NCBI GenBank assembly: GCA_036172245.1
Contig: JAYWIR010000018.1
Coordinates: forward strand, 2,232,001-2,296,000
Direction: 5' to 3'
DNA: 64,000 nucleotides
Source: Raillietiella orientalis
Taxonomy: Eukaryota
Shown in pieces: positions 38,801-53,131 of the stretch; within the stretch, counting starts at the first letter, position 1; the number at the start of each line of letters is the position of its first letter. Under the pieces are notes generated by a model. The model searched no databases. It was not told where the DNA came from and worked only from the letters and a program-made list of their open reading frames with translations. The translations under genes were made by a program, and so were the position numbers.

Positions 38801-41339
38801 CTTCAGATGCCGAAACATAGGACAACTGGAGGCGCACGAGCGCCATGAAAGCTCCTTTTGCACCGGCAGGGTTCCCAGGGTTCCCAGATGTTGATGTTCG
38901 GCACGGAGCTCGAACCCATGCGAATTTTTGATGCCAGTCTTGAACTACAGAAAGAAGTGCAGGCTCTGGCACAGCGGGCCCTGATCTGCAGTGGAGTCTC
39001 AAAGACCTCGAGTGACTTCCCAGCGAGATCGGATCAAAACGCTTGGGGAGCAGAGAATTCGTGTCGCTTCATTTCCGGATCATTTCGATTGAGCTGTGGT
39101 ACGTGGGTGTGCAATCCCTGATTCTTGTTTTAGCTCCCACATGTGCTATCCTGTTCAGACTGCACTGTCTCTTTCGTTTCGTTCCTTCCCTCAATGTGCG
39201 CCCGCCGCGCGTTCCAGAAGCTTTCATTTCTTCATTTCCTTCCTTCTGAACTCGCTCTGCTCTCGGTTGAGATGCAGCAGCGCTTCCACTGTGAAGCGGT
39301 AGATGAGCACTGTTCTCTCAAAGGCTTAGAGATTCAGCTGCACTTTTGGAATTTTAGAAATACGTTGAGCGTTTGGAACATAGTAGATAGATCAATGCGT
39401 CAGGTGATGCACCTTTCAGGGACAAAATGATTGGAAGCACCAACGACGGGATCGCTTCCTCACAGTCAAGATGACAAAACAAAGAAGAGGAGATACGGGA
39501 GAGAGAATCCGCAGATGTCAAGCAGCACATTGGTCGTCAGCAATTAATCCAAGAAGCTGCATTGGATCGGTTGGATTTGGAACATTAGAAAACATTCCCA
39601 GGTCAACTTTTAGCACCTTACAGCATCCTGTGAGCTTTTTCCATACCGCATGCAACGTGCCTTGGACATCTTCACGTCTGTGTCATATTTGTTGGAGTAC
39701 TCAAGACATTTTTGGTGCAGGCCATCTGAGTTTTAAATGACTCTTTTCTTGTATCATCCTACTGACTTCAGCTATTTTCTTAATGTTCACTGAGACATGG
39801 AAACAGCTTAGGGTGATCCAAAGAGTACAATAGCGAAATATAATCTTATTTATAATCGTTAGAAAGAAAAAAAAAAGGAAGAGATGAATGGGAAAGAAGC
39901 AGACTCTGCGTCCTGGAGAATGACAGGGAAACCTATTATGAAAGAAATGGTGACGAAAGAGTGATGATGGTCAAAACGAAGGCACTCTCTTGGAGCTTCC
40001 GAATACTGTCCTCATTTTTTATGGCCATGACTCTTTGGGATGTGGAGTTCATCAATCCCTTCGATTCTGAGATGCTGCGTTGAACCAGTTTTTTCTTTGC
40101 GGTTTGCTGCGAGGCTGTCGGTGGAACCGGAAGAGATGACTGATGTTGAGATTCTTCACCAGAGCTCCTGGACTCTGTTCTCGAAGATGCACCACGAGCT
40201 CTCGGCTGGTGCTCGGATGCTGAAAGCGTATCCCTGCTTTCCCCCCAAAAACAGAACGCTTCGAATCCCAGAAGCTCTTTAGTTCGCGAGGGCCGTCACG
40301 AATCATGTCACCGAATCGTTGAGTGTTTTCGTTTCTTCCGTTTCCCAATCTGAACTCAAAAAGGTATTGTCATTAGGATCTTCAGATGCTGGATGAGGTC
40401 GGAAGCGCTTCCAAGAAACCGTCTTGCGCTCCCCGGAGTACATGGGTAGTGTGTGCGAATGCTGATAGCAGCGTAGTCATAGAGAGGGGTTTCTGGTCCA
40501 GGGAAGTGGATTTTTTCTTTTTTTTTTTTTTTCTCCTTAAACTTCTGATTTCCTTGAAGGAGTCACCCTTGTTGAGTGCTGGCAGCCTAGCAGTGTACAC
40601 TGGTGACGGTTATTCTCAGATTGCAGATCGCGGTACACACTTTGTTTCGTGTAGAGGATCGGAATCTTTGTTCATGCGTCAGGTCTCAAGAGTAGTGGGA
40701 AAAAAACAACAACATCCACGTGGACTAAGGACAGACGAAAGCAAAGCACTGGTTCCTGAAAATGGCTGGGAACACTTGGGAGTAACGAAGAGGCGCACGC
40801 GCTTCGTACTGGTGCCCTCGCGGCAATGCGATCGTTTTTGGAAACGTCTCTTGACAAAAACATTGATTCCATTGTTACTATTGATGACAATAATACGGAA
40901 AGGAAGAATCAGTGCAGACGCTGCGATGACTCTCTCGCTGTTCATATTCCGTTCCCCCTCATCCTTGTCTTACCCTAAGTGCCGATTAAATCCTTTTTCC
41001 AATGGTTTTTGAATGCCGGTTTCGTTCCTCGGGCAGTCATCACAAAGGAGGTGGCGATCTTTTTCCGAAGAAAGAGTAGTGATTGCGCAAGCAGTTTGAG
41101 TGCGAAGATGCACCTGCAGCGAAGAAACAGGAGGGGAATCTGCGGCATTTCCCTCCGGGGCACAGATTTCTCACGCATTCAGGAGCTTCATGCCTTCTTC
41201 CCTCTGAGTTCACCACCGTGTCTTTATGTGGCGAGCGTGTTTCACGATTTGAGGACCACGAAAGAATTGCCATTGATTTCTCAAAATTTGCTTTGCCAGA
41301 TGCATATTTCTTGAGATAATGAAATGACATGCATTCCAG

Positions 41340-41400
41340 GGACCCGTGTTCTTCGTTGAGAATCAGCGGAAAGGATTTGCATGCCTAAAGCAGTTCCAGA
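41340..41400 (+). CDS. GABA-B-R2: GABA-B R2 small exon: GPVFFVENQRKGFACLKQFQ(S)
   Basis: attccag|GGA ... CAG A|gtaagc, 61 nt; supplies the GPVxF..N.R......QFQ segment expected after FEGVT and restores phase with the next exon. Confidence 0.9.
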
Positions 41401-44329
41401 GTAAGCCTTTGTTTGAAAGTTGCTTGGGTCGCGTGGATTGTAGAGTGGAAGAGGAAAAAATGCGCTCTGGACCGAGGCAGTCGCTCCCCAACACGTATGA
41501 GCCTCAGCTGATGTCCACCTCTCAATCGAACGACAGTGGGCACGGATCGGCGAAAAGCCAAGCCAAGTTGTGTGTGATCATCAGGCTATCCATGGATAGC
41601 ATGATGGTTCTCGGGGAGGCTGCAGAGAACGTCTCAACTCCCTCTTAGAAATTCCGCTCTGAAAAAGAAGGGAAACAAATGCGTCCGCACCAAGATTTCT
41701 CAGCTCCAGTGGCAAATGCTGATGCAATACGCAAAGATGCTATCGGTATCCAGGTTCCTGGATGACGATAGTACCTTTTCTCAAATTCTCGAAGAGCCTT
41801 TCTTGTTTGCAATCTTCCAATAGATATGCACTTGACTTATGGCTCACTTCCTCTTTTCCTTTTCTTCCTGAATTTCTTAACGTCCTTTAAATTTTTGGAG
41901 CTCGGTTCGTGCTCCTTTTCTGCCCGCTCATCTTTTGATGCTATTCAGATCTAGTTGATCTCTCTCAGAGATCCAGCCTAGGAGTAGACCGTGCTGATAA
42001 CAGCTACAATCTTTTCACCTGGCAACCTGTTGTTTCTTGGTGCCAAGTGTTTTCCCTGAGGTTCGTCTCATTCGGTGGCATCAGTAGGAGAGGATTCCAC
42101 GTTTCAGATGTCAGTAGTTGAACAGACCTTCCCGAAAGCTTCTTGAATGCTGAAGTTCTCGCATTCTGGAGGAAGCAGACACAAGTTGAAACCGTGCTCC
42201 AGACTTGGGTTGACGCTCGCGCCATCTTGAAGCTGCAGTGAGCCAGCCAAGGTGAATGGGCCAGCATTCCAAAGGACCTGAAGCGTGAAGACAGAGAAAC
42301 TAAGAAGAAACGCCCGAAAGTGGCAGATGGGTGGTGAATCTGCTTTCCTTCCAAGTCTATCAAATCCTGGAGTTGTCAGGGCTTCCAGCTGCGCGCACCA
42401 CGCTTGGCTTTGTGGAACGCATGCAGAACAGTCCGTGGACATCACCATTTTTTCTTCATTCTGCACTCCGTACAGCTTCTAAAGCTTCGTCTTTCATTTT
42501 ATACAAGGTTTGTCCCTTTCGTCGTTTCGGGAAGGTTTCATGAGGGTCTTCACAAGACCTCTGGTATAGCTTTAAGACTCCAGGAATTCTTCAACTTCGA
42601 ACGTTCTAGCAACTTGGCTTTTTCTAGTTTTTTTTTATACTTAACTACGAACAAAAATGGTGGTTGTGGTTGGCACGACACAAAGAGAAAGAAAATGCGG
42701 GCTCTCCGTATCTTCTTGAACAAACCTCAATCCTCCTTGCTTTGGGAATCAGACGAGCAGCTTCATTGCTCCCACCCAAGCACTTCAGTATCAGAAAGCA
42801 CTAACCGATTCGTTGATCCCAAACTGTGCTGCATCTGGGTGCAGATTTTTACGATTACGACTGAATCCAAGTGATCACGGGGAGTTGCGACAATCTTATC
42901 GTACAATACCATCTACACGAAGAGTCTTCGCGTGCACACATGCAACCAAAAGCAAGGGATGCTGGAAAGAGTCATTCTTTGGGGACACTTCACGGCAAGA
43001 ATCGACTCTTTAGAGGGAAGTGGTTAAGTGTACGTATGCACGTGTTTGTGCGCTAAGACAGATTTCCCGAATCCTTCAGCGACTGCTTCTGGATTTGCAA
43101 GGATTCTCCTGGAGCTACTGGCACTGGCAAATGTGATGATGAATGTGCTGATGTTAGAAAACAGAAAGATTTGTGCAAGGAATCGTTCAAAAAAGCACGG
43201 TCATAGAATATCTAGAAGAGTGAACTAGGATTATAGGTGATTAGATTATAGGTTATAGGTGATTATAGATTCCTGATTCCTGAAAGGAATTCGAAATTCT
43301 TCTCACCTATACTCTGTAGGAAAATTCCGATCCGACACCAGAACGCAACTTTGGTCCGAACAGTGTAGCTGAAGATCAGAAAAATTCTACAAGCCTCTCA
43401 GGAATAATCCTCGAATGGAGGCCTCCTGCTACGTGCAAAGTGCAACTGCCTTCAAAACATCCCTCAGTTGCCGAAACCTGAAAGGCATCATGGACCGAAA
43501 ACTCTTCGGTTTCATGCCAGTTGCGAATGACAATTTGCCAAATATCCTGTTCACAAATAATCTTCAGATCTCTGCTTTACAGAATTCGCTTATCCATCCC
43601 TATGAAAAAATAACTGAAGTTTCAATACACGTGGAGTTCATGTTCCAATGAGTAATGGGATTAATTCAGGGATGTAGTAACTTGTTTAATGATTCTCACA
43701 GTGAATTAAGTAGAGTGGCATGTTTTCTCATCATTCACCTGCTGAAGAGCAGTTGCTGATGAAGAAAGTATGTCCGTTTTCATGATCATCTCCCATTCAA
43801 AGTACTTTTGCATGTTCCAGTGCGTAATTTCTACTTGCATCTCCGGTGACGTGGCGGTCGCTCAGGCGACGCACATGCGATTCCAAGTGCATATTCATTT
43901 CCCACTAAATTTTCTAACTCAAATGAGAAGCTGTTTGAATGAATCAGTTTTCTCCGAAAGTTCGGGAACGGGCAGCAGAAACAGACGACGGGAGTGGGAA
44001 AGTTCACCTCCCCAACAAATTCGCGTCTCGCGAGATCATCGGTCGAACAACAGGAAGCTTGGTCATGAGAGACAGCAGTCCGGGAAACTGGATTTTTTCC
44101 AAGGGTTTGTAGTACGACGTGCATCTCGCACCAGGGAAGACGAGGATGCTGTGAAAAGAGCGAAAAGTTTGGAAAAGAGAAGACGAGGAAAGCACAGTTC
44201 TCTCAAGGTCAAATGCCGGTGTGGTTCCAGTAGCTCTGGTCTACGCACTCCCCCAAGCCACATGCACGACCATCGCTTCCTTGGGAGGTCAGTTTGTCTT
44301 CGTTCAGCCTGCAGTCTGAATTCGGCGCT

Positions 44330-45147
44330 TTGCGACTGGCGATTCTTTTCGGTTATCCTGGCTTCCTTGCCTTTTTTGGGAAGGGAAGGAAGGGAGGGTG
44401 AGGTTCTGCTAAGCACTCAAGAATCATCGTTCTCCTGGGGGCCCACGAAGATCTTTGACACTGTCCACGACACCCAAAGGTGCGTGCACTCTTCAAGTTA
44501 AGTGGGGACACTCTATGAATCCAGCAACGGCTCCGCAGAAAGGAGTCCGTTCCCCTCACGCTTGGATCCACCCTGGTTGTCTCTGAAGGGAAACCCGAAG
44601 GAAACCTCTTCCTTATTCTCTCTGGAGGGATTCCTCGGAGGGGGCCTTTCCATTATTTCTTTTCCGGAGGGGACCCACAAGGGACCCGCTTCTTGTTACT
44701 CCTCTGAAGAGAACCCCGAAGGGACGCTTCCAGATTTTCTATGAAATGTCCACCCCGTAGGGATCAGAGAGCTTCTTCGCACTCTGATGAGGTATCAATT
44801 CACTAGCTCCATGGTACGAAATGGAGGGCCCCCCCTAGGGAAGGGGGGGGGGGAAGACGGATCCATTTTCACAACCAAAGGGGAACCCCGAAGAAAACCG
44901 ACTCCTTGATTCCTGGAAGGACCTCGGAGGGTCAAATTTTAATCCCGGTCAGTCAACAGGGCATCCAAGGTTTCCGACTTCCACCATAGCCGCATCCGAA
45001 ACCCGTGGGCCAACCAGCGTCACCCTGCGAAAAATACTCGAAACCCATGACGTCCCCATTTCTCGGCATAGATCCTTTCCCCCGGGTGAGATTTGAACTC
45101 CCCAATTCTTGGTAGCACGCGCAGAGACTGCAGCCATACGGCCGCCA
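44330..45147 (-). mobile_element. Family A SINE-like element, copy 3
   Basis: Shared blocks (ccctggttgtctc, ctctgaagagaaccccgaagggacgc, caaccagcgtca, agccatacggccgccaa); degenerate B box at 45088-45100. Confidence 0.8.
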
Positions 45148-45899
45148 ACGAACTATCGATTCTTCAGAAGTGGCTATGCAGGAACGCATTTTGAGGGTGC
45201 CTTTGAGGGTGTCAAGCACGTGATGGGCGGCGGATTTTTTTACGACCATCCGCGGTGAAGTCTCTTTTGCGGAGGATGCATCTCCCGAGATGATGATCAA
45301 AATCGCACATCCCCAAACTGCAAGTTACATTCGGAAGAGAAAAAAAAAAAGGGAGATTTTCGGGAATTTGCAGTGGCGCAAGGGAAACACTTCAATGAGC
45401 TAATGAAAGACGCGACGCGGACCAGACCCACCCTTTGATATCAGGTTTGCATGCAGCTAATCTCAGATCTTGCTTCTGATCCCCTCGACAGCAGAAAACA
45501 TTGCTAATTACAGTGGTGGATCGAAGTAAAGACCTGCGAGGATCTGCAAGTCACGCATGCTTCATAGGGAGGCAAGACAAAGAGGATTATTGATTGCAAT
45601 GATCTGATGAAATGACTCCCCTCGAATTCAATATCACCAGTTTCTGATATCTCGGATTCCCACGGAATCCGAAGCACGAGAGCGAATCGGGACTGACTTC
45701 GGAGAGTGGGAGAAACATTCCTGCCAGCAGGATCTTCCGCAGGCAGGATCGTCGATGGATGCCGTCAGCACAACTTGCCGGGGATCGGACTGGATCCTGG
45801 AGGCTCAGCTCCGTGAGCTTTTCGCTAGCTGACGACGGCATTTCCTGTGTGCATCGAAGGCAGTTCAGACCATTCTGCTGCCTTAAGCCAAATGCTCAC

Positions 45900-46560
45900 G
45901 ACCAGGTTTCCGATGTGGTCAGCTGGTGGTTGAGTGCATGAAGCGGGAGAGTTCCTTCAAGTTTCACTGGCGCGGTTCCATAAAGTCCAGCGGAGATCCA
46001 CGAGGAAAGAGTGCTCCTATGGCATGAAAAAAAGGAAGGCCAGTGGATGGCACATTCAATCTTATCAGGAGTGTGAGCCGAAGAGGGTCACGAATTTCTG
46101 TGGGTTGATCGGAGATCGTCCGTTCCGACGCGGACGAATCAGATGACAAAAAGAATTTGATCCCTTCGTTTCCAATTTATCCGTGCATTCGGTTTGATGG
46201 TGCGTGAAGTCCAGCTGCGAAATCATTTCGGGAATTCTCTCTGCAGTCGAGTCTTCGATTCCACTGCAGTGAGTTGGATGGGTTGCATGGAAATCGGTCG
46301 AATCGATGATCTGTGCGCGAAATGTCAGTTTCCTAGCCAGGAAGGCACTCACTGATTGTTCCACCTGTGGATTCCTCAGCAACTTCCTACGCTGAACTGC
46401 TCACGGACACGAGAATCTTCTCTTCCAATTGTGCTATCAGAAGGAATCATATTGGCTCGAGAGATTGTTCGTATCCCCGTGTTTCATGAGAAGAGCGACG
46501 CACTGATGATAGCTTCAGTGACAGTGGGCTTACCGATGTGGATTTTTAGTTTCCGATTCG
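45900..46560 (-). mobile_element. Degenerate LINE APE endonuclease relic
   Basis: Minus ORF IIDSTDFHATHPTHCSG (GDFNAHHPxWG-like), EMISQLDF, SFCHLI, LFGSH in the expected order. Confidence 0.5.
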
Positions 46561-48109
46561 TTCTCTGTGATCTGACTGAAAAGGAAATATTCATGTTGCT
46601 GCAGTCTGCATCTGGTGCTTGTTTTTTTTTTTTTTTTGGTTTAGAGCATTCTCCTGTAGATTCCTTGGAGATGTGCACGCATTCTCTGGTGCTAGAATCG
46701 TGACCAGCTTTTTGCTGATCATGCAAAGAACCGAAAAAAACACTTGAGAAAACGAAAAAGCATTCAAAACATCACGTGCGAAAATAAAGTGGTACAAATC
46801 AGTCGTCCATCTGGCAGGGACCATTTGAACAGTTAGGAAGAATCGGTTAGCAGCTGAGCAGATCCTCAGCAGCGATCACTCAAGTGATCACTCACTGTTG
46901 TTACCTTGAGCAATCCGTTCACTTCACTGGTTGTGCTTAAAATTCTAAATTCGGCTCCTCTGTATCAGAGGGAATGTCATCTGTGCAAGGCTGTGTTGCC
47001 TGGACCATTATTGGCTTGCATGCTCACATGCCGAGATGCAAACAACTGCCCTAACGGAGTTAACTAGACGGCGGACAGATGAACTTTCATTAAGACCAAA
47101 TATGGCTTCCAGCTTCTTATCCACACAGGTCTTTTGTACCTGCTTCGGCGGTACATATACACAGGTCTTTTCTCCACTCTGTCTGCCATCTTCGTTTCTT
47201 GCTGTTTTTAGGTTCTCAAGAGTTCTTACCATCATTCGATTAACGCCTAACTTTATGCTCTCTGGATCAAACAGACAAATAGAATGAAGGTCTGGTTCTA
47301 TTGTGCGCTGTCTTAGATGAAGGAAGCTCTCCTGGAACGAAAGCAACAGCTCTCAAGAATTGTTCCAAGGAAGTGGAGAAAGTTATTCCTCCTCCTTACT
47401 TCAGTGCAAGATCTCCTCGAAGTCAACGTCTAATTCTCTCTTCGGAAAATGAGTCTCCATGTCAGCAACCCAGAGAACGCGAAATCGAGTAAAATTGGTC
47501 CAGGGACGAGAAAACCTTCGTGCTGGAATGAAATTAGGGGATTCAATCGGAAGCTGGAACGCACGTGGGCGTGCGCCGGAGTCGGTGAGACGAGCTTTCA
47601 TGTTTTCGAAAACTGCGGTAAAGACGAAGCAAAACTCACTTCCGTGCAGCCTTTAGGGTGTGTGCCTCGAAAAGCGAGAGGTTGGCCATTCTCTCGGGTT
47701 TTACGTATCTGTCCTTGTGTTCATGACTACCCTCCCCCCTCCCTGTTTCCATGAGCTCCTTCTGCACACTTTATTCTACTCGAAGCATTGCTCTCGAAAC
47801 TAGTTACCTTACTGAGAGAACACCTCGGATTTGTTGTCTTTCGAAGGTCATGGACATATTCGACACGGCCAGATTACTATTCTGAAGAAGAAACTTTCAA
47901 AACTCCCATCCTTTTAGATGCCTGCACAGAGTCATCATGGAAGGTTGATGTCAGCCTGTGTGACTGAATCCCATTTGTTGATTTCGAGAGTCTTCGACGA
48001 CTGGCTATGCCTTCCGAAACTCCACCTGCCATCATTTCATGAGGTGGCTCTCTCGATCAGAACTACCTGTTCAAGACAGTCACTGAACTCTTAGGCTGAT
48101 CCTGTTCCA

Positions 48110-48415
48110 GCTCGCTATTTTGGCTGGCGCTCTATTTCTTGCCCTCCTCCTCTTTTTCTTTTTTTGGTTCGCCAAGTGCTGAAGAATCGTTTGCCTCTTT
48201 AGGGAGCTCTTTAGCACTGTCCACGCCAACCTCGAGGGTGCGTGTAACACTTCAGCTTAGGGAGTAACCCCATAGGGCCCACCCTATGAATCCAAGAAAT
48301 TCAGGAAGGAGGAAGGCGTCCGTTCCTCTCACGCTTGGTAAGAGAACCCAAAGGATTATTTTCTACGGAGGGCCACTCGTCATTTCTTCTCCAAAGGGAA
48401 AGATAGGAAATTCTC
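48110..48415 (-). mobile_element. Family A element, tail-side fragment (copy 5)
   Basis: ttttggttcgccaagtgctgaagaatcg, tttagcactgt and ctatgaatcca blocks match the tail halves of copies 2-4; no head present. Confidence 0.7.
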
Positions 48416-48699
48416 TAGCCTCTTCAGGAGTGTGGAATTTCTGATCTTCCCGAACTCTACAAGATGCATCTATGATACTTTCCTAGAATTGTTTATACCT
48501 TTCTCGCGCTGGAAGACGTCTCTTTGGGACCCTCTTTTTTTCCTTTTTTTCTCAAAAGGTCAAAGGTCAAGAAATAAAGGTTTTCAGACCTTGCTAAGTC
48601 TGAAATTTGATGCGTTCCACTTTTTGTCGATTTCATCAATTGTTTGGAATTTTCGTTCATCTTTCATCTGAATCGGAATGTCCTGCTGCTGCATCTCCC

Positions 48700-49700
48700 T
48701 TTAGTTCCTTGAAGCGTTTCATTGATGCCAACGAAGGACAACTGAGATAGGTCAACGATTCACAGGAGACTCCACGGTTAAAAACATTCACCGGACCAGC
48801 TTCCGGTTTCCGCTGGACTTTTCCAGCTGTCTATCCAGCAACGGTTCATGAAGAGAGGGAACCCAAGTAGTGGCCATGTCCTCTCTAAAAGAGAGCGTTC
48901 CTTTGTCATGGGAGGATCTCTGAGGTCAGTCATTTCACCAGAGAGTGACCGAGCCCGGGATTCATCCTCTCGGAAACTCTGAACTCCGCACGAAGCAGAT
49001 GACGATGCTGGATACGTTTTTTGACAAAGTCTTGGAGTGCATCGTGGGCTGCATTCGGGAACACGAGTGCACTTGGAAAAACGCCCTCGCGACTGGTTTT
49101 ATGAGTTTCCATGAGGCCCAAACGGAGGAAAACTACTCGGAGAGAAGACATTTGGGAATTTGCCTTCCTGGAGCATAATGGATCTCGTTCCCAAAGTTCA
49201 AGCATTTATACAAACTCTCATGGTCTTTAAGAGTGAGTTCCCGAACCCCGGTGAGATCGCCATATCCTCTCGGATGCTGGAACGCCGGCTCGCTTATCCA
49301 AGTGCCGAGGTACTTGGAACCGGAGGAAGCCGTGCTAGATGCGTTTCGCAGACGAGTCCGTCTTTGCCCAGGGACGCAGTTTGACGAACAGGGCAACCAC
49401 ACTTTCTACGAGTGGATGACGGATCGCCACCAGGCGTACGCATCTAGAGGTTACCAGAAATGCCTCAGGGAGGGAGGACCCGGAACTTCACTTCTCCAAG
49501 ATCGCGCACGACCTCCAGGGAATGCATTCCGAGTGGATGGAATTTCACTGTCAGGCTCCTTCCCTGCTATTGGCTCCTCCAGTTGAGGCTTCCGTTTTGC
49601 CTCCCATGGATGGGGATAAAGCAAAACATCCACTGTCGAGCACCTCATGCTTCCTTCGCTTTCCAGTTTCTTTAGAAACTGCAAGATGCGTTCTTGCAAA
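48700..49700 (+). mobile_element. Degenerate LINE reverse transcriptase relic
   Basis: HEADDDAG (YADD-like) followed by VRSPYPLGCWN...EAVLDAFRRRV (VRP.LEY...WN...E.VQ..FTRR-like), across frameshifts. Confidence 0.45.
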
Positions 49701-51674
49701 CTGTGAAGGCATCCCTGCGTCTGCTTAAACGGCTCCTCCTCTGTGAGGAGTCCGCTCTGGAGAGTGGACCTTCAACTGTCCTGATAATTGATTTTTCTCT
49801 TCACTCTTAACTTTCCCCAAGAGATGCAAAAACGGCTTTCCTCCCTACATCAGTGTTCAAGTAGGGAGGAGGGAAACGGAGAGGAAAATGAGCATTCATA
49901 AGTTTGACTAGGCTCGAAGAGGACTTTTTGAGAAGCGAGAGCAGTGGCTATGGGATCGCTCCATCCCAAAATCTTCTGACTGACTTTTTTCCGGAGGACT
50001 GCTTATTGCAATGCTTGCTCGTGCTGGATGCTGCAAACGCGTCTGACCTTTTCATCTCGAAAGTTCTTTTTTTCTTTTCCTTTTTTCCCCCCTCTTGTGT
50101 GTGCGCGCCTCGGTAATTCAAGATTTCCAAAATGTTGAAAAGAGAAAGAGCGCTGCATCCTTGGCCTATGCTCGAACAAGTCCCCTCCTCTTTAACCCTG
50201 CGAGCTGACACTTTGACGTGCCGCGGTCGCCTGCGTCGCCCAAGTTCTCTCAGTCCGCGCGATGGTGTGCGTTTTCGGCCAGACGAGGTCAAGAGAACCC
50301 GGCACGCGGAAGAGAGCTGAAGAAAGGGAGCTGTCCTGCCTTCTGATCAAATGCCAGTGCCCGGCAGACCTACGCGAACATCCTAACTTCCCTTCTTGGA
50401 TGCTTCCTCCGAGCTCGATGCATCTGCGAACGCACACCGTCTGGAGTCCCGAAAAGCGCATTGGGAGACGAGCGGCCTTTCCTTCGGATCGACACGACCT
50501 GTCTCACTGCTACCGATTTCTTTCCGGATCGCTTCCAGGGAAGGTTTCTCTGCATCCAGGGAGCCTTCCTCTCCTCAGGTAAAGTCGAGAACGGATTGCT
50601 GGTGCAACCGAGGGGTTTTCGTTCGGCTGCGCCTACAACTGCCCGGAAAAGATGGCCGATTGTTAGGGTGCAGCCATTTCTTTCCAATTCTCACTCCCCG
50701 TTGGGTCTCCTTGACTTCGTTCTTGCTTCCTGGATGCGGGACATCTTGAGAACGCGTCCAACCCTTCTGCGGAGCTAAAGGTGTTATGTGGAGAAATGCG
50801 AGTGAATGTTTCCTGCCGTCATCATCGTCTTCGGCTGGTCCTTGCTCAAAGGAAACTTAACGGGAAGAATATTTGGTCCCGTTCCCGATGCTGTGCACAT
50901 TGGTCTCGGCTCGCCATTTTCTCGCCGGTTTCTCTTAGGGAAAACCCACTGGCAAACAGAGCAAAGTGCTTTCTTGCGGCGTCGTTTTCTTGGCGCGCTT
51001 TTTCCGTTGCAGACGAGGCGCTGATTTTCTCCCGTTGACCGCAGTTCTGGGGTCTGTCCGGAGCGACTTGAACTTCCTCCTCATCAGTCCTGCTCCCCTA
51101 GGCGCACCTTTCCCAGCTGACGAAGCCTCCTTGACTTCGAAAGAAACCCAGATCGGTGCGAATCGAGTTAGCGGTCAGCTGACCGAAGCGAGGGATTTTT
51201 CATTTTCTGCACGATGACCTCGGCGTTCTCCTCAAGGAATGCAGGATGATTCCGTGCTGCAAGGAAGGAGAAGGGGGGTTCCTCGTTCCTAAGATGAGAG
51301 ATGGCTCTCTGGGAAAGAGGGGACGGGGATTCCTTAACCCCACGAGCACGCGCACAGATCAGCTCGGCATCCACCGGTTCATTCGACCTTTTCGAAAAGG
51401 GGGCAGCTCTTCTGAAGCCCCTTTGGTCTTCTGCGTCTGTCCCTCACGCGACCCGGGCATCATGAGAGGAGAGACGGATATCCTCGAGTGCGCCTCCGTG
51501 CCACCGGGAAGCAGGGGAAAAATCTGTCGATGCTCCGGAGGTTTGCGATTCGATGTGGCTAAAGAAACCGGGAACAGAGAGGTGCTATGTGTGCGTGTGG
51601 GTTCGAGGGCGGGAACCAGGAAAGGTCGCCGGATCGCCAAGCCAGGAAGTCGCCAGCTGCAGCGGCTGCAAGGT

Positions 51675-51713
51675 GGCCGCTTTGAATCGCATCCTTTGCG
51701 ATTCAAAGAGGCC
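51675..51713. repeat. Hairpin (12-bp perfect stem plus GGCC extension)
   Basis: GGCC g CTTTGAATCGCA-tcctt-TGCGATTCAAAG a GGCC. Confidence 0.9.
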
Positions 51714-51724
51714 CGCGGAGGAAG

Positions 51725-52097
51725 GATGAGGAAGGAGGCTGGAAGCACCTGCCTCCCTGCCCCCTTCTGGTTGCGAGAGGCTACAAACGGCGCAGCTAAT
51801 TCTCCGGGAGCGCTGCGGCGTTCTCGCGAGGGAGCGCAGAGTGTAGCAGGAGGGGTCGACGGGTTCTTGGAGGAGGGAACGGGGAAGAGAAGCGAAGGAA
51901 GCTGGGAGGAGGCGGAGGAGGCTCGCGTGCCCCTTCGCTCCCTCAGAGATCCGCTCTCCTCTCCTTCGAGTTTCCGTCCCGGTGAAGAGCAGGGCTTTGG
52001 ATCGCTTCCTCCGCACTCCCTGGAAACCCTCCTCTTGCACGTCCCTTTGCTGCAATTCCCGACCGCACAGCCGCCTCTTCCTCTTTGCCGGTGATCG
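51725..52097. repeat. Family B dispersed repeat, copy 1 (~370 bp)
   Basis: Colinear with 53851-54220 via ggaggctggaagc, ccccttctggttgc, agggaacgggga, gcgaaggaagctgggaggag, tcgagtttccgtccc, ccggtgatcg. Confidence 0.8.
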
Positions 52098-53131
52098 TGT
52101 CACCTTCAACGACCTCAGAGGCAGCTGGAGCTAGGCTATCGACCTGCGGAACGGCCTCTTTCTCTTGGTGGGTGTTCCCCACGGCAGGGATGTCCGACCG
52201 CCCTCCCGTGGAGACGTTCGGAGCGCGTTCCCGGCACGCGACGGAGCCGCCTTCAGCAATGAGACCTCTGCCTACCGCGTCCTTTCCCGTCCCTTTCTGG
52301 GGCACGCGGAAGGTGAAAGCGGCGGCTCCGTCCTGTGCCCGATCCGAAGGGGGAGAAGGGGAGGGGGAAGGAGTCGGCGTCAGGGGACGGAGATCGGACC
52401 TGATTTTGCGGGAAGATCGGATTTGGAGAAAGAAAGTTCTTGGAACGGGGCAAACAAAGACATTCGTCCCTTTTCCTCCCCTCATCGATAGCCAGGGGGG
52501 AACTCAGGAAGGAATAAACGAGGCAACTCTCGCAGCCAACTGCGAGGACCTCCTGCTGCAGACAAAGGGGGTGGGGAGACCCCCCTTTCCCGCAGCTTGC
52601 GCCGGGAGTGTCCCCCACTAAAGATGCGGGGAAGCCGGGGCTCCACCCAATCGCGCAGGCACGGAGGGGATTAGAGGCGAGTCCGATCCCACGCATCGGC
52701 GTCGCCCGGGAATTCGTGGGGCAGCGATCATGTTTTTCCCAGTATCCTCCAAGTGACGACTTGCTCGAACGTTCGGGAGAAAGGCCCTCCACTGGGACGC
52801 TTCCGCTCCATCAAGTGGGAAAAAAGCGAGAGAGTAGAGAGGAAAAGAGAAAAGAGAGAGGGTGGGTGGGGCGGAGGTGGTAGGAGGAAAGGGAAACGAG
52901 AGCGGCCGCAGTTCCGGGAACGAGAGAGGAGAAAGGGAAAGCCGGGCAAAGTTGCTGGTAGCATTGGGAGGAGAGAAACGCGTTCGAATGAACTCTGATG
53001 ACGAAGAGGGAAGGAAAGGGAGGAAATCCCTCCCCACTCCTGTATTCTTCTTCCCCTTCACTCCCCTTCTCTCCTCCTTCGAGCAGAGGCCTCTTTCTCG
53101 GGAACCTCACGGACTGTCCCCTCCCTTCCAG

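Noticed and set aside
43228..43282. Interstitial TTAGG telomeric repeat
   Set aside because: Units are gattata/ggttata-like slippage duplications, not TTAGG arrays.
44575..44760. CRISPR-like or iteron-like array
   Set aside because: Units are contiguous and degenerate with no unique spacers, in a eukaryotic intron; it is the internal tandem array of family A.
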